A stretch of 64,000 nt of DNA from Kiritimatiellia bacterium. GTDB taxonomy: Bacteria; Verrucomicrobiota; Kiritimatiellia; RFP12; UBA1067. Below are positions 39,942-50,155 of the stretch, in pieces; position 1 is the stretch's first letter; every line of letters begins with the position of its first letter. The stretch is from NCBI GenBank assembly GCA_017454745.1, contig JAFTCL010000083.1, positions 31,924-95,923 on the forward strand, given 5' to 3'. A program made the position numbers and the translations under genes. The notes below the pieces were generated by a model that had not been told where the DNA came from, did no database searches, and was given only the letters and a program-made list of their open reading frames with translations.

Positions 39942-41408
39942 ATGGCAAAGCAGGTTAAGAAAGCGGATATCGGGTTGATCGGTTTGGCGGTCATGGGCGA
40001 GAATCTGATTCTCAACATGGAGAGCAAGGGGTACACCGTGGCGTGTTTCAACCGCACGGTGGAGAAAGTCGATGCTTTCGTCAACGGTCGCGGTGCCGGC
40101 AAGCGGCTGATCGGGTGCCATTCGGTGCGCGAACTTGCCGATGCGTTAAAGAAACCCCGTCGGGTGATGATGATGGTCAAAGCCGGAACTGCGGTTGACC
40201 AGACCATCGAGTCGTTGTTGCCGGTGCTGGGAAAGGGTGATATCATTATCGATGGCGGCAACAGCCATTTCCCCGACACCATCCGCCGCACGAAATATCT
40301 GGCCGAAAAAGGAATCCGTTTCGTCGGCACCGGAGTCTCCGGCGGTGAGGAGGGGGCGCTTAAAGGTCCGGCGATTATGCCTGGCGGCGACCCTAAGGCG
40401 TGGAAATACGTACAGCCGATTTTTCAGGACATTTCGGCAAAAGTTGACGACGGCACCCCGTGTTGCGCTTGGATTGGCAGTGACGGGGCCGGGCATTTCG
40501 TCAAGATGGTCCACAACGGCATCGAGTACGGCGATATGCAGCTGATGTGCGAAGCCTACGATTTGATGGCGCGCGGGTTGGGCATGACCGCCAAGGAGAT
40601 GAACAAAGTATTCGCGAAATGGAATAAGGGCGATTTGGACAGTTACCTTGTCGAAATCTCCGCTGATATCCTCAGCCAGTATGATGAAGAGACCGGCAAG
40701 CCGATGGTTGACGTGATACTTGATACCGCCGGGCAAAAGGGCACCGGAAAGTGGACGTCTCAAGCGGGGCTGGATTTGGGCGTCGCGATCCCGCAAATCG
40801 CCGAAGCGGTCTTTTCGCGCTGCCTGTCGGCGATCAAGGAAGAGCGGGTTGCCGCATCCAAGATTCTTTCCGGTCCGCGTTCCAAGGTTAAGGTTGACCG
40901 CCGGCTGTTCCTGCGGCAGCTGGAGCAGGCGGTTTACGCCGCGAAGATTTGCTCATACGCCCAAGGGTATCAGCTGATGCGCCAGGCGGCCAAAGATTAC
41001 GGATGGAAGCTCAACTATGGCGAGATCGCTTTAGTGTGGCGGCAGGGGTGCATTATTCGCGCCCGGTTCCTCGGCAAGATCAAAGAGGCGTTCGACGCCA
41101 ATCCGGATTTGCCGAACCTGCTGCTGGATCCGTATTTCAGCGGTGTTATCGCCAAGGCGCAGAGCGCGTGGCGGAACGTGGTCAAGACCGCCATTGATCT
41201 GGGGATCCCGGTGCCGGCGATGGGCACGGCGCTGAATTACTTCGACGGATACCGCAGCGCCCGGCTGCCCGCCAACCTCCTGCAGGCGCAGCGCGATTAT
41301 TTCGGGGCCCACACTTACGAGCGCACCGACAAACCGCGCGGCGAGTTTTACCATCACATTTGGACGGAAAGCGGCGGAAACACCGCCGCCTCTACTTACA
41401 CGGTTTAA
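39942..41408 (+). CDS. gnd: 6-phosphogluconate dehydrogenase, decarboxylating (NADP)
   Basis: [40 protein letters not shown] and [11 protein letters not shown]. Confidence 0.97.
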   Translation: MAKQVKKADIGLIGLAVMGENLILNMESKGYTVACFNRTVEKVDAFVNGRGAGKRLIGCHSVRELADALKKPRRVMMMVKAGTAVDQTIESLLPVLGKGDIIIDGGNSHFPDTIRRTKYLAEKGIRFVGTGVSGGEEGALKGPAIMPGGDPKAWKYVQPIFQDISAKVDDGTPCCAWIGSDGAGHFVKMVHNGIEYGDMQLMCEAYDLMARGLGMTAKEMNKVFAKWNKGDLDSYLVEISADILSQYDEETGKPMVDVILDTAGQKGTGKWTSQAGLDLGVAIPQIAEAVFSRCLSAIKEERVAASKILSGPRSKVKVDRRLFLRQLEQAVYAAKICSYAQGYQLMRQAAKDYGWKLNYGEIALVWRQGCIIRARFLGKIKEAFDANPDLPNLLLDPYFSGVIAKAQSAWRNVVKTAIDLGIPVPAMGTALNYFDGYRSARLPANLLQAQRDYFGAHTYERTDKPRGEFYHHIWTESGGNTAASTYTV

Positions 41409-41432
41409 ACCAAACACGAAAGGAATGATGAA

Positions 41433-42242
41433 ATGGCTATGAAAAAAGGTGTGAGAATCGCCGTAACGGCAGTGACGGTCATCGCGGTGGCGTTGGTGGT
41501 GTTGTTGGTGACGCTTCCGCTGACCATTTGCCCGATTGTCAAGGGCGCCGCACTGGCGGGTGAAAAAGTTGTCGGAGTGCCGATCAAGGTCGGCAACGTC
41601 AGCATGAACCCGTTTAACGGGTCGTTTTCGATGTCCAAGGTCAGCGTGGGCAACCCGCAAGGGTACTCCACCAATGCCTGTTTCGCGGTTGACCACATGT
41701 CGGTGAAGATGAAAATGGCTTCGCTGTTTTCCGACACCATCGTGATAGATGACATCACGATTAAAGATCCGTTGATCCGGTATGAGTCAAAGGGCGGGAA
41801 GTCGAATTTTGACGCGTTTACCAGCGGCAGCAAGCCGAAAACGACGACGGACGAGACGGGTAAGGAAACCCCGAAGAGCGACGAATCCGGCAAGAAGGTG
41901 GTAATTAACCACTTCAAGCTGTCCGGGGCGCAGGTGCAGTTCTCTTCGCCGTTGACGATGGGCGCGGCGGTGCCGGTGCCAACTCCGGATATCGAATTGA
42001 ACGGTATCGGCGCCAAGAACGGCGGCATTACCGCGGTCGAGGCGATTAAGGAAATCGTTTCCAGCGTGGTGGTGGGCATTGTAAAAGCCTCCGCCAACGT
42101 GGTTGGCGGCGCCACCGATCTCGTGGGCAGCGGTGCCAAGGATATCGGTGCCGGTGTCAAAAAGATGGCCACCGGCGCGGTTGAAGGCTTTAAGAATCTG
42201 TTAAAATCCGCAGACAAGCCGCCGGCCGGCAACGAGAAGTAG
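41433..42242 (+). CDS. AsmA-like membrane-anchored protein
   Basis: N-terminal TM; VGNPQGY, SLFSDTIVIDDITI and SNFD; a beta-rich AsmA N-terminal-like pattern. Confidence 0.6.
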   Translation: MAMKKGVRIAVTAVTVIAVALVVLLVTLPLTICPIVKGAALAGEKVVGVPIKVGNVSMNPFNGSFSMSKVSVGNPQGYSTNACFAVDHMSVKMKMASLFSDTIVIDDITIKDPLIRYESKGGKSNFDAFTSGSKPKTTTDETGKETPKSDESGKKVVINHFKLSGAQVQFSSPLTMGAAVPVPTPDIELNGIGAKNGGITAVEAIKEIVSSVVVGIVKASANVVGGATDLVGSGAKDIGAGVKKMATGAVEGFKNLLKSADKPPAGNEK

Positions 42243-42245
42243 CCG

Positions 42246-43133
42246 ATGAGCGTTGATTGCGCGATGCTGCGGGGTTTTGCCCCGCAGCACGATTGTTTTG
42301 TGGGAATCGACTCCGATGGATGCGTGTTTGACACGATGGCGGTCAAACAGCGCGAACATTTTCATCCGTTGATCATCAAGCACTGGCATTTGGAGCGTTG
42401 CGCCGACGCTTTGATCGCGTGCGCGGATTTTTCGAATCTGATTTCCTGTTACCGCGGGTCGAACCGGTTCCCGGCCTTGCTGCGCACTTTTACCTGGTTC
42501 CGCAACTATCCGGGTGTCGCCGAATCCGGGGTGGAGTTGCCCAAACTTGACGCTTTGCGGTCGTACGTCCAATCTGGCTTGACTTTGGGCAACCCGTCAT
42601 TGCAGACCGAAGTGGAGCGGACCGGGGATCCTGAGTTGCGCCGCCTTCTGGAGTGGAGTCTGGAAGTGAGCGCCAGCATCGACGGCAATATGCGTCCAGT
42701 GCCTCCTTTCCCTGAAGCGGTGGCGACTATGGAGCTGATGCGAGAGGCTGCGGATTTGATGGTGGTTTCGCAAACGCCGGAAGCCGCATTGCGGCGCGAG
42801 TGGAAATTGCACCGGATTGACGGGCTGGTGGAAATTATTTGTGGTCAGGAAGCGGGGACCAAGGCCGAGATGCTGACCGCCGCCGCCGAAGGAAAATATG
42901 CCTCCGGGAAGGTACTGATGGTGGGGGACGCCCAGGGCGATCTTCGTTCGGCCCGCGAGTCAGGATCGTTGTTCTTCCCCATTACTCCCGGCGACGAAAA
43001 CAACGCTTGGCGGCGGCTTCGGGAGGAGGGTTTCCCGCGTCTGATGAACGGGACGTTCGCCGGTGATTATGAAACGGAGCTGGAACGCGAGTTCCTGGGA
43101 ACGCTGCCCAGCATGCCGCCGTGGGAAGAGTGA
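42246..43133 (+). CDS. HAD-family hydrolase
   Basis: GIDSDGCVFD (motif I), VVS, K and MVGDAQGD (motif IV). Confidence 0.88.
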   Translation: MSVDCAMLRGFAPQHDCFVGIDSDGCVFDTMAVKQREHFHPLIIKHWHLERCADALIACADFSNLISCYRGSNRFPALLRTFTWFRNYPGVAESGVELPKLDALRSYVQSGLTLGNPSLQTEVERTGDPELRRLLEWSLEVSASIDGNMRPVPPFPEAVATMELMREAADLMVVSQTPEAALRREWKLHRIDGLVEIICGQEAGTKAEMLTAAAEGKYASGKVLMVGDAQGDLRSARESGSLFFPITPGDENNAWRRLREEGFPRLMNGTFAGDYETELEREFLGTLPSMPPWEE

Positions 43134-43220
43134 CGAGGTAAGAGTGACGAGATAAGAGTTACGAGTGACGAGTAAACTTTGAATTAAGAATGAAGAATTT
43201 TAAATGATGAATAATGAGTG
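43128..43220. repeat. Two adjacent degenerate heptamer arrays
   Basis: gagtgac gaggtaa gagtgac gagataa gagttac gagtgac gagtaaa; then gaattaa gaatgaa gaatttt aaatgat gaataat. Confidence 0.75.
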
Positions 43221-43269
43221 GGCGTTTGGATGGCAATGAAAATTATTTCAATAAAATCATATTTCGTTA

Positions 43270-43298
43270 TTGACTATACCTCCCAACTATTTTAAAGT
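43270..43298 (+). promoter_or_regulatory. Putative sigma70 promoter of the pot operon
   Basis: TTGACT-N17-TAAAGT preceded by an AT-rich tract. Confidence 0.6.
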
Positions 43299-43383
43299 TA
43301 TTGCCCTCAACCCGAATTGGGGCGAGAGGCGCCGATACCTGTAACAGGCAATTTGCAACTTGGATAGTGCGAGGTGTTGTGAA

Positions 43384-44547
43384 GTGTCCGATTTTCTGGT
43401 GTTCGAAAACGTTACCAAGCGTTTTGGCCCGTTGACTGCGGTCAACAATGTCTCATTAGGCATTAAAAAGGGCGAGTTTTTCTCTTTGTTGGGGCCGAGC
43501 GGTTGCGGTAAGACTACGTTACTGCGTATGCTCGGGGGCTTTGAGATGCCGGATTCCGGACGGATATTTCTTGACGGTAAGGACATTACCGACCTTTCGC
43601 CAAACCAACGCCGCGTCCACACCGTTTTCCAGAATTACGCGCTCTTCCCCACGATGACCATCTGGGACAACATTGCGTTCTCCCTCAAGCTGTCCAAGTT
43701 GCCGAAGCGCGAGATCGAGGAGAAGGTGGATGCAATTCTCGACATGATCCAGATGCGCGAACATGCTTGGAAGTACCCAAACCAGCTTTCGGGCGGCCAG
43801 AAACAGCGCGTAGCCATCGCGCGGGCTTTGGTGGACAGACCGCAAGTGCTTCTGCTTGACGAGCCGTTGGCCGCGCTGGATCTAAAACTCCGCCAGCACA
43901 TGCTGATGGAATTGGACCTTATCCATGATCAGGTTGGCATTACCTTTATTTATGTGACCCATGACCAAGGGGAGGCGATGAGCCTTTCCGACCGTATCGC
44001 CGTTATGAACCGGGGAAAGGTGGAGCAGCTTGACCAGCCGGCGCAGATTTACGAGGCTCCGGTCTCCAGTTTCGTCGCGGCGTTCATCGGAGACACCAAC
44101 TTTTTTGCCGGCGAGATTGTCGCCGCCGAGGGCGACTACTGCACCATCCGGTGCGAAGGGCTGGGCGATATACAGGCTTTCAACGACCGCAAATTGGCGG
44201 TAGGGCAGAACGTACACCTTTCTGTGCGCCCGGAAAAGATTCATATCACGCTTAACGCGCCCCAGCCGGAGAACGGGGTGGGGGTAAACGTTTTCCAGAG
44301 TACGGTCACGGATGTGATTTATCAAGGCGTTTACACGAAATATTGGATTATGTGCGGTGACCGCAGCGTCTCCGCGCTCAAGCCGCATTCCAGGTTCCTG
44401 CTTGACCAGGCTCCGATCACCTGGAATGACAAGGTGTATATGTGGTGGCATCCGGATGACGGTTACATGATTGAAAACTTCTCTGAATCCGATGCCGGAT
44501 TAGTGCAGACTCCGCCTGACGCGCCCAAGGAGTTCCCCGGAAAATGA
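43384..44547 (+). CDS. potA: Polyamine ABC transporter ATPase
   Basis: [32 protein letters not shown] and VTHDQ, plus a C-terminal TOBE-like region; GTG start. Confidence 0.93.
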   Translation: MSDFLVFENVTKRFGPLTAVNNVSLGIKKGEFFSLLGPSGCGKTTLLRMLGGFEMPDSGRIFLDGKDITDLSPNQRRVHTVFQNYALFPTMTIWDNIAFSLKLSKLPKREIEEKVDAILDMIQMREHAWKYPNQLSGGQKQRVAIARALVDRPQVLLLDEPLAALDLKLRQHMLMELDLIHDQVGITFIYVTHDQGEAMSLSDRIAVMNRGKVEQLDQPAQIYEAPVSSFVAAFIGDTNFFAGEIVAAEGDYCTIRCEGLGDIQAFNDRKLAVGQNVHLSVRPEKIHITLNAPQPENGVGVNVFQSTVTDVIYQGVYTKYWIMCGDRSVSALKPHSRFLLDQAPITWNDKVYMWWHPDDGYMIENFSESDAGLVQTPPDAPKEFPGK

Positions 44548-45533
44548 AAAACCGCAAAGGATTTTTCTCGGAAGGATTACTTACCGCGCCATCGTTTTTG
44601 TGGCTGGCCCTGTTTTTCGCGATACCGACACTGATTGTGGTATCCTTCACCTTCCACGGCCACACTCCCAACGGGGGGGTGGCGGAACCTTACAGTCTTG
44701 AGACGTGGCGCGCGCTTGCCGACCCGGACTATCCGTCAATCATTTGGCGGACGTTGCGCATCTCGGTTAAAGTTACGCTCTGGTGCATTCTGCTTTCCCT
44801 TCCCTGCGCCTACGCGATTGCGCGGATGGACAAACGTCTGCGGGCGATCGTGGCGGGGGCGATCATGCTGCCGTTTTGGACCAGCTTTGTGGTGCGGGTC
44901 TTCGCATGGCGCACCATGCTGCATCCGGACGGCTGGTTGCAGGCTTGCTATCTTTCCTATTTGCGTTTCGGCGAATGGCTTTTCCAGTGCATGCCCGCTT
45001 TTGTGCAGCATACGTTGACGGGTTTGGGCTTGGCAACTTCGGGTTCGCTTGATCCGGCGATGGCTACGATGCTGGATTCTGAGGTGGCAGTGGTGTTGGT
45101 TTCGGTCTATTCCTTTCTCCCGTTTTCCATCATGCCGATTTATTCGGCGGCGGAGAAGTTTGACTTTTCGCTGATGGAGGCGGCGCTGGATTTGGGAGCG
45201 AACAGTTTCTACGCTTTCCGCAAGATTTTTATTCCCTGCATACGCCAAGGGATAATTTCGGCGGTGCTGATGGTATTCATTCCGGCCATCGGCTCATACG
45301 TGATTCCCCAGATGTTGGGTGGCACCAACTGCGTGCTGATCGGCAACAAAATTTTCATGCGCGCGATCCAGAACCGCAACATTCCACACGCCTCGGCGTT
45401 GGCCACGCTTATGGCGGTGTCGGTGTTGGTGCCGATGGCGATGACCGTTTGGTGGCGGGCGCGCCAGAAAGCGCGGGATTTGAAAAAGGCCGACACTGGG
45501 TTGGCAGCGCATATTCCGGGGGCAAAGGCATGA
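44544..45533 (+). CDS. potB: Polyamine ABC transporter permease
   Basis: LPFWTSFVVRVFAW and EAALDLGA. Confidence 0.9.
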   Translation: MKNRKGFFSEGLLTAPSFLWLALFFAIPTLIVVSFTFHGHTPNGGVAEPYSLETWRALADPDYPSIIWRTLRISVKVTLWCILLSLPCAYAIARMDKRLRAIVAGAIMLPFWTSFVVRVFAWRTMLHPDGWLQACYLSYLRFGEWLFQCMPAFVQHTLTGLGLATSGSLDPAMATMLDSEVAVVLVSVYSFLPFSIMPIYSAAEKFDFSLMEAALDLGANSFYAFRKIFIPCIRQGIISAVLMVFIPAIGSYVIPQMLGGTNCVLIGNKIFMRAIQNRNIPHASALATLMAVSVLVPMAMTVWWRARQKARDLKKADTGLAAHIPGAKA

Positions 45534-46339
45534 AAAAATCATTCTTCGCCCCGACGGTGCTGGCACTGGTGCTGCTTTTCCTTTACATTCCGATTTTGCT
45601 GGTTATCGCCTACGGTTTCAGCCCGGACGGGATTTCCCTGCGGTTTTTTGACGCGGACGGCAATTTTCTGGGGTTTACCGTTAAATGGTACCGGCAGCTG
45701 TTCACCGGGGTTTATTCGGTGCGTAGCCTGTTGGACAGTTTTTGGCTGTCGCTTGAGATTGCCGGGCTGGCCACGCTTTTTTCGTGCGTGATCGGCACGA
45801 CTGCGGCGCTTGCGCTCAACCGCTGGAAAAGCCGGTTGCAGTCCGTACACTACGCGCTGGTTTACACGCCGCTGGTCATGCCGGACATCTTGATCGGTAT
45901 TTCGCTGCTGATGCTGTTTGTCGCCTGCCGAGTGGAGTGCGGGTTCTGGACCATCCTGATCGCGCACATCACGTTTTGCGTCTCTTACGTGGTTATGACC
46001 GTGCTTGCCCGTCTTCAGGATTTTGACCGGTCGATTGTCGAAGCCGCATACGACTTGGGGGCGGGACCGTTATACACCTTCTTCAAAGTGGAACTACCCA
46101 TTCTTATGCCCGGCATCATCGCGGGCGGTCTGCTTGCCTTCACGCTTTCGATTGACGATGTCGTCATAACGGCGTTTGTCAATGGCGCCGGAACCAACAC
46201 ATTCCCCACTTACGTGTCGTCGATGGTAAAGCATTCCAAGAACCTGCCGGCGGTTTTCGCACTCTCCACGGTGATGCTTATCGCCACCTGTCTGCTGGCG
46301 GGGCTTTCCCGCACGATCTCAAAGCGGCACGGGACGTGA
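45530..46339 (+). CDS. potC: Polyamine ABC transporter permease
   Basis: FLYIPI, LIAHITF, EAAYDLGA and FTLSIDD. Confidence 0.9.
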   Translation: MKKSFFAPTVLALVLLFLYIPILLVIAYGFSPDGISLRFFDADGNFLGFTVKWYRQLFTGVYSVRSLLDSFWLSLEIAGLATLFSCVIGTTAALALNRWKSRLQSVHYALVYTPLVMPDILIGISLLMLFVACRVECGFWTILIAHITFCVSYVVMTVLARLQDFDRSIVEAAYDLGAGPLYTFFKVELPILMPGIIAGGLLAFTLSIDDVVITAFVNGAGTNTFPTYVSSMVKHSKNLPAVFALSTVMLIATCLLAGLSRTISKRHGT

Positions 46340-46413
46340 CGCATGGTTGCCGGAAGAATTTGTCCGCCCCGCTGGGGGCCGGTTGTTAACCCAAAAAAGA
46401 AAGGAACAAAGCA

Positions 46414-47508
46414 ATGAAGTCCATTAACCTCCTGGCGGGCGTTGCGCTCGTACTCGGTGTCGTCGCGGGTTGCAACCCGCAGAAGAACGAGAATGACGGC
46501 GCGAAAAAGCCGGAATTGCACATCTACACTTGGTCCGACTACATTGCGCCGGACGTGATTCAGGCGTTTGAAAAAAAGCATTCCTGCAAAGTGGTTATCG
46601 ATACGTTCGATTCCAACGAGACCATGTACGCCAAGCTTAAAGCCGGCGCGACCGGATACGATATCATCATGCCTTCCTCCTACCAGATTAAAACGATGGT
46701 GGACGAGGGGATGATCCAGAAACTCGACCACGGAAAAATTCCCAATGTCCGCAAAAACTTTGCCAAACAGTTCCTGCCGCAGATTATTGACCCTTCGTTC
46801 ACTTATAACGTCCCGTACGCGGTCACCTACACGGGGTTCGCCTACTTGAAGGACAAGATGCCGGCCGGTGCGGATGTCAATACTTGGCAGATTCTCGCCA
46901 ATCCCGCGTTGCGCGGCAAGATTTCCCTGTTGGACGACCAGCGCGAGGTTATTGGCGCCGGTTTGATGAGCTTAGGGTATTCGATCAACACCACCTCGGC
47001 TGAGGAGCTTGACAAGGCTGTTGCCGAAGTTTTGAAGTGGAAGGAGAACATCCGCAAGTTTGACTCGGAAAGTTACAAGACCGAGGTTGCTTCCGGGGCG
47101 ATTCTGCTCGGACATGGGTATTCCACCGATGTCACCCAATTGATCGTCGGCGACGAGGATGAAGACGTAAAACCCCGTCCTGATGTCGGTTTCGCCTTGC
47201 CGAAAGAGGGTTTTTCCGTGGCTTTCGACGAAATGGTGCTTGCCAAGGACGCCAAGCAAATCGATCTGGCTTATGCGTTCATCAACACGATCTACGAGCC
47301 GGAAGTCGCCAAGGAGAATATGGAGTACATTTGCGGTCCGAACCCGGTCGGCCCCGCCATCGAGATGCTGGACGAAGATTATCGCAAAATGATTATCTTG
47401 GACGAAGAGACCCTGAAAAGAGGTCAAGTCATCCGCGGTTTTGACGGTCATCCGGAGGTTATCGAGCTGTACAACAAGGCTTGGGACAAGATTAAAGCTT
47501 CCCGTTAG
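46414..47508 (+). CDS. potD: Polyamine-binding lipoprotein
   Basis: Lipobox VAGC; YTWSDYI, FDSNETMYAKL, GYDIIMPS and PKEG. Confidence 0.9.
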   Translation: MKSINLLAGVALVLGVVAGCNPQKNENDGAKKPELHIYTWSDYIAPDVIQAFEKKHSCKVVIDTFDSNETMYAKLKAGATGYDIIMPSSYQIKTMVDEGMIQKLDHGKIPNVRKNFAKQFLPQIIDPSFTYNVPYAVTYTGFAYLKDKMPAGADVNTWQILANPALRGKISLLDDQREVIGAGLMSLGYSINTTSAEELDKAVAEVLKWKENIRKFDSESYKTEVASGAILLGHGYSTDVTQLIVGDEDEDVKPRPDVGFALPKEGFSVAFDEMVLAKDAKQIDLAYAFINTIYEPEVAKENMEYICGPNPVGPAIEMLDEDYRKMIILDEETLKRGQVIRGFDGHPEVIELYNKAWDKIKASR

Positions 47509-47530
47509 TCCCGATACCTGTTTCGCTTGT

Positions 47531-47571
47531 AAAAAATGCGTTCCCGGTTCTTGTCCGGGAACGCATTTTTT
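47531..47571 (+). terminator. Intrinsic terminator
   Basis: AAAAAATGCGTTCCCGG-loop-CCGGGAACGCATTTTTT. Confidence 0.9.
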
Positions 47572-47652
47572 GTTAGGCGGTTTGCGAATTGTGTGGAAGG
47601 CGGGATTGCCGGAGGCCCTTTAATATAAGATTCTAATTTTGATAATTGCGGC

Positions 47653-47681
47653 TTGATTTATCCTTCAGCCAGGAGTAATAT
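47653..47681 (+). promoter_or_regulatory. Putative sigma70 promoter
   Basis: TTGATT-N17-TAATAT. Confidence 0.55.
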
Positions 47682-47732
47682 ATTCGTGTTGTTTTAACCG
47701 TTGTATTCACTCGCATTGAGAGTTTAACTGCT

Positions 47733-48650
47733 ATGAAGAATTCATTTTTGTCATCGATGTTGTCGGTCGCTTGTGTGGTGTCATTGGCGTTTTCCGCTTT
47801 CGCGCAGGGGAATCTCCGTTACAGCATAACGGTAACCAAGTTTGAAAACAAGGCCAACTGGCGCGGGCAGTGGGATTTGGGCGACGCATGGGGAACGATC
47901 TTGACCGACCAACTTACCCAATCGGGCAAGTTCATAGTTCTGGGCGAGAAGGATATGCGCGCTGAGGCGATGAATGAGCAGGACATGGCGGCATCGGGCC
48001 GGATGGCGGGCGGCAAGAAAGCCCCGGCCACCGGACAGATGACCCCGGCCCAATTACTGGTGAAAGGTGCGATTACCCACGTGCAGGAAACCAAAGGCGC
48101 CGGCACCGGGCTTGGATTCAAGGGTATTCGCGTGGGCTTGGGCGGCGGAAGCGCCGAAATTAACATCACGATTTACGTTGTCGATTCCCGCACCGGTCAG
48201 GTCAAAGCGTCCAAGAGTGTGGTCGGAAAGTCCGGCAAGAAGGGGTTGTCCCTTGGTTACCACGGTAGCGCGCTGGGCGGTCTTACCGGCGACATGGGCG
48301 GTTTCCTGAAGGATAACATGGGATTGGCGGCGACCGATGCGGTCAACCAGGCGATGGAGTTCCTGATTGCCCAGTTGGATTCGCTGCCGTGGGAAGGCAC
48401 GGTGGTTCTGGCGACGGAAGAGAAGGTGATTATCAATCGCGGCGAACGCGAGGGAGTGGCGGTAGGCCAGATTTTCGATGTCGGCAAAGAGACCGAAATC
48501 GCTGATCCCGACACTGGGGAGGTGCTGGACCGCGAACTGACCAAGGTCGCCAAGATCAAGGTCGTGTCCGTGAAAGAGAAGGTCGCCACCTGTACCGTCA
48601 TCGAAGGCAAAGGGGTCGAAAAAGGCATGGGAGTGCATCCCGCCAAGTAA
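47733..48650 (+). CDS. CsgG/HfaB-family protein with FlgT-C-like C-terminal domain
   Basis: Signal peptide; VTKFENK, LTQSGKFIVL, LVKGAIT, VVDSRTGQV and VIINRGEREGV...DPDTGEVL. Confidence 0.75.
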   Translation: MKNSFLSSMLSVACVVSLAFSAFAQGNLRYSITVTKFENKANWRGQWDLGDAWGTILTDQLTQSGKFIVLGEKDMRAEAMNEQDMAASGRMAGGKKAPATGQMTPAQLLVKGAITHVQETKGAGTGLGFKGIRVGLGGGSAEINITIYVVDSRTGQVKASKSVVGKSGKKGLSLGYHGSALGGLTGDMGGFLKDNMGLAATDAVNQAMEFLIAQLDSLPWEGTVVLATEEKVIINRGEREGVAVGQIFDVGKETEIADPDTGEVLDRELTKVAKIKVVSVKEKVATCTVIEGKGVEKGMGVHPAK

Positions 48651-48653
48651 AAG

Positions 48654-50108
48654 ATGCGTGTCGCCATCGCTTATCCGCCGTTGCCGTCTGAACTGGGGGT
48701 TCCGCTGTTAGGGCAGAACCGCCAGTTTCAGTGGTTTAACCGTCCCACGTTCATTTATCCGGTGGTTCCGGCGTTGGCGGCGACCATGGCAAAGCGGTCG
48801 GGGCACGAGGTGGCGTGGCTCGACGGAATCGCCTCCGGTTGGACTCCCGAAGAGTTTGACCGGAGATTGACCGCCTTCGAGCCGGATGTGGTGATGATCG
48901 AGACCAAAACTCCGGTGGTCAAACGCCACTGGAAGATCGTCACCGCATTAAAGGCGAAACATCCGGCACTTACGGTGGTGATGGTGGGAGACCACGTTAC
49001 CGCGCTACCGGCGGAGACGATGGAAAACTGTCCGGTGGATTTTATCCTGACCGGGGGCGATTACGATTTCCTACTGCTTGAATTGTTGGGGCAGCTGGCG
49101 GGGGGCGGTCACGATTATCCGCCGGGCGTGTGGTATCGTAATGCTGCCGGAGAGGTTGGGAATACTGGTCGTTTCCAGTTGAATCATGACCTTAGGACGC
49201 TTCCGTGGATCGACAGGGATTTGACTTGCTGGAAACTTTATGCCGAACGAAACGGCAACTACCGCAAGACTCCTGGCACTTACATCATGTCCGGGCGCGA
49301 CTGTTGGCACGGCAAGTGTACTTTTTGCTCTTGGACTACGCTTTACCCAAACTACCGAACCCGCGACCCGATTGATGTGGCGGATGAAATCGGCGATTTA
49401 ATCGATCGTTACGGCGTTCGCGAGATAATGGACGACACCGGCAGCTTTCCGGTGGGCGAGTGGCTGAAGATTTTCTGTAATGAAATGATTCGACGAGGCT
49501 ATCCCAAGAAGTTGCGCATCGACTGCAATATGCGGTTCGGTAAGTTGGATTTTGAGACGTACCAATTGATGCGCAAGGCGGGGTTCCGTCTGGTGTTGTT
49601 CGGATTGGAGTCGGCCAACCAAACTACGCTTGACCGGCTGGTAAAGGCGCTTAAGGTCGAGGAGATCGAGCGGGGGGCAAAAGAGGCGTCAAAAGCCGGA
49701 TTGGATGTGCACGTCACGGTGATGCTGGGATATCCTTGGGAGGGGGAGCGCGAGATCGCCAATACGGTATGTCTGGCCCGTCGTCTGCTCCGCAAAGGTT
49801 ACGCTTATACGTTGCAGGTCACACAGGTGGTCCCTTATCCCGGCACTCCGCTTTTTCGCGAGGTGCGGGAGAACGGTCAGTTGCTGACCGAGGATTGGGA
49901 TGATTTCGACATGCGCCGGCAGGTGATGCGATCCGGGGTTCCGGAAGAGCAGATCAAGGCGGCAATCCGAGAGGTTTACCGTGCGTTTATGCACCCGGAG
50001 ACGGTATTGCGCCGGTTGTGTTCAACGAAATCTCCGGTAGAGGACATGAAATTTTATTGGAGAGGTTTTCGGTCGCTTTTGGGGCATTTGCGCGATTTCA
50101 AGTCTTAA
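48654..50108 (+). CDS. Cobalamin-binding radical SAM protein
   Basis: N-terminal B12-like domain (VMVGDHVT); GRDCWHGKCTFC, FGLESANQ and PYPGTPL. Confidence 0.88.
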   Translation: MRVAIAYPPLPSELGVPLLGQNRQFQWFNRPTFIYPVVPALAATMAKRSGHEVAWLDGIASGWTPEEFDRRLTAFEPDVVMIETKTPVVKRHWKIVTALKAKHPALTVVMVGDHVTALPAETMENCPVDFILTGGDYDFLLLELLGQLAGGGHDYPPGVWYRNAAGEVGNTGRFQLNHDLRTLPWIDRDLTCWKLYAERNGNYRKTPGTYIMSGRDCWHGKCTFCSWTTLYPNYRTRDPIDVADEIGDLIDRYGVREIMDDTGSFPVGEWLKIFCNEMIRRGYPKKLRIDCNMRFGKLDFETYQLMRKAGFRLVLFGLESANQTTLDRLVKALKVEEIERGAKEASKAGLDVHVTVMLGYPWEGEREIANTVCLARRLLRKGYAYTLQVTQVVPYPGTPLFREVRENGQLLTEDWDDFDMRRQVMRSGVPEEQIKAAIREVYRAFMHPETVLRRLCSTKSPVEDMKFYWRGFRSLLGHLRDFKS

Positions 50109-50155
50109 AATGCCGCTGGCAATGGTTGGCGGCGAATAAACAAAGGGAGAGAGTT

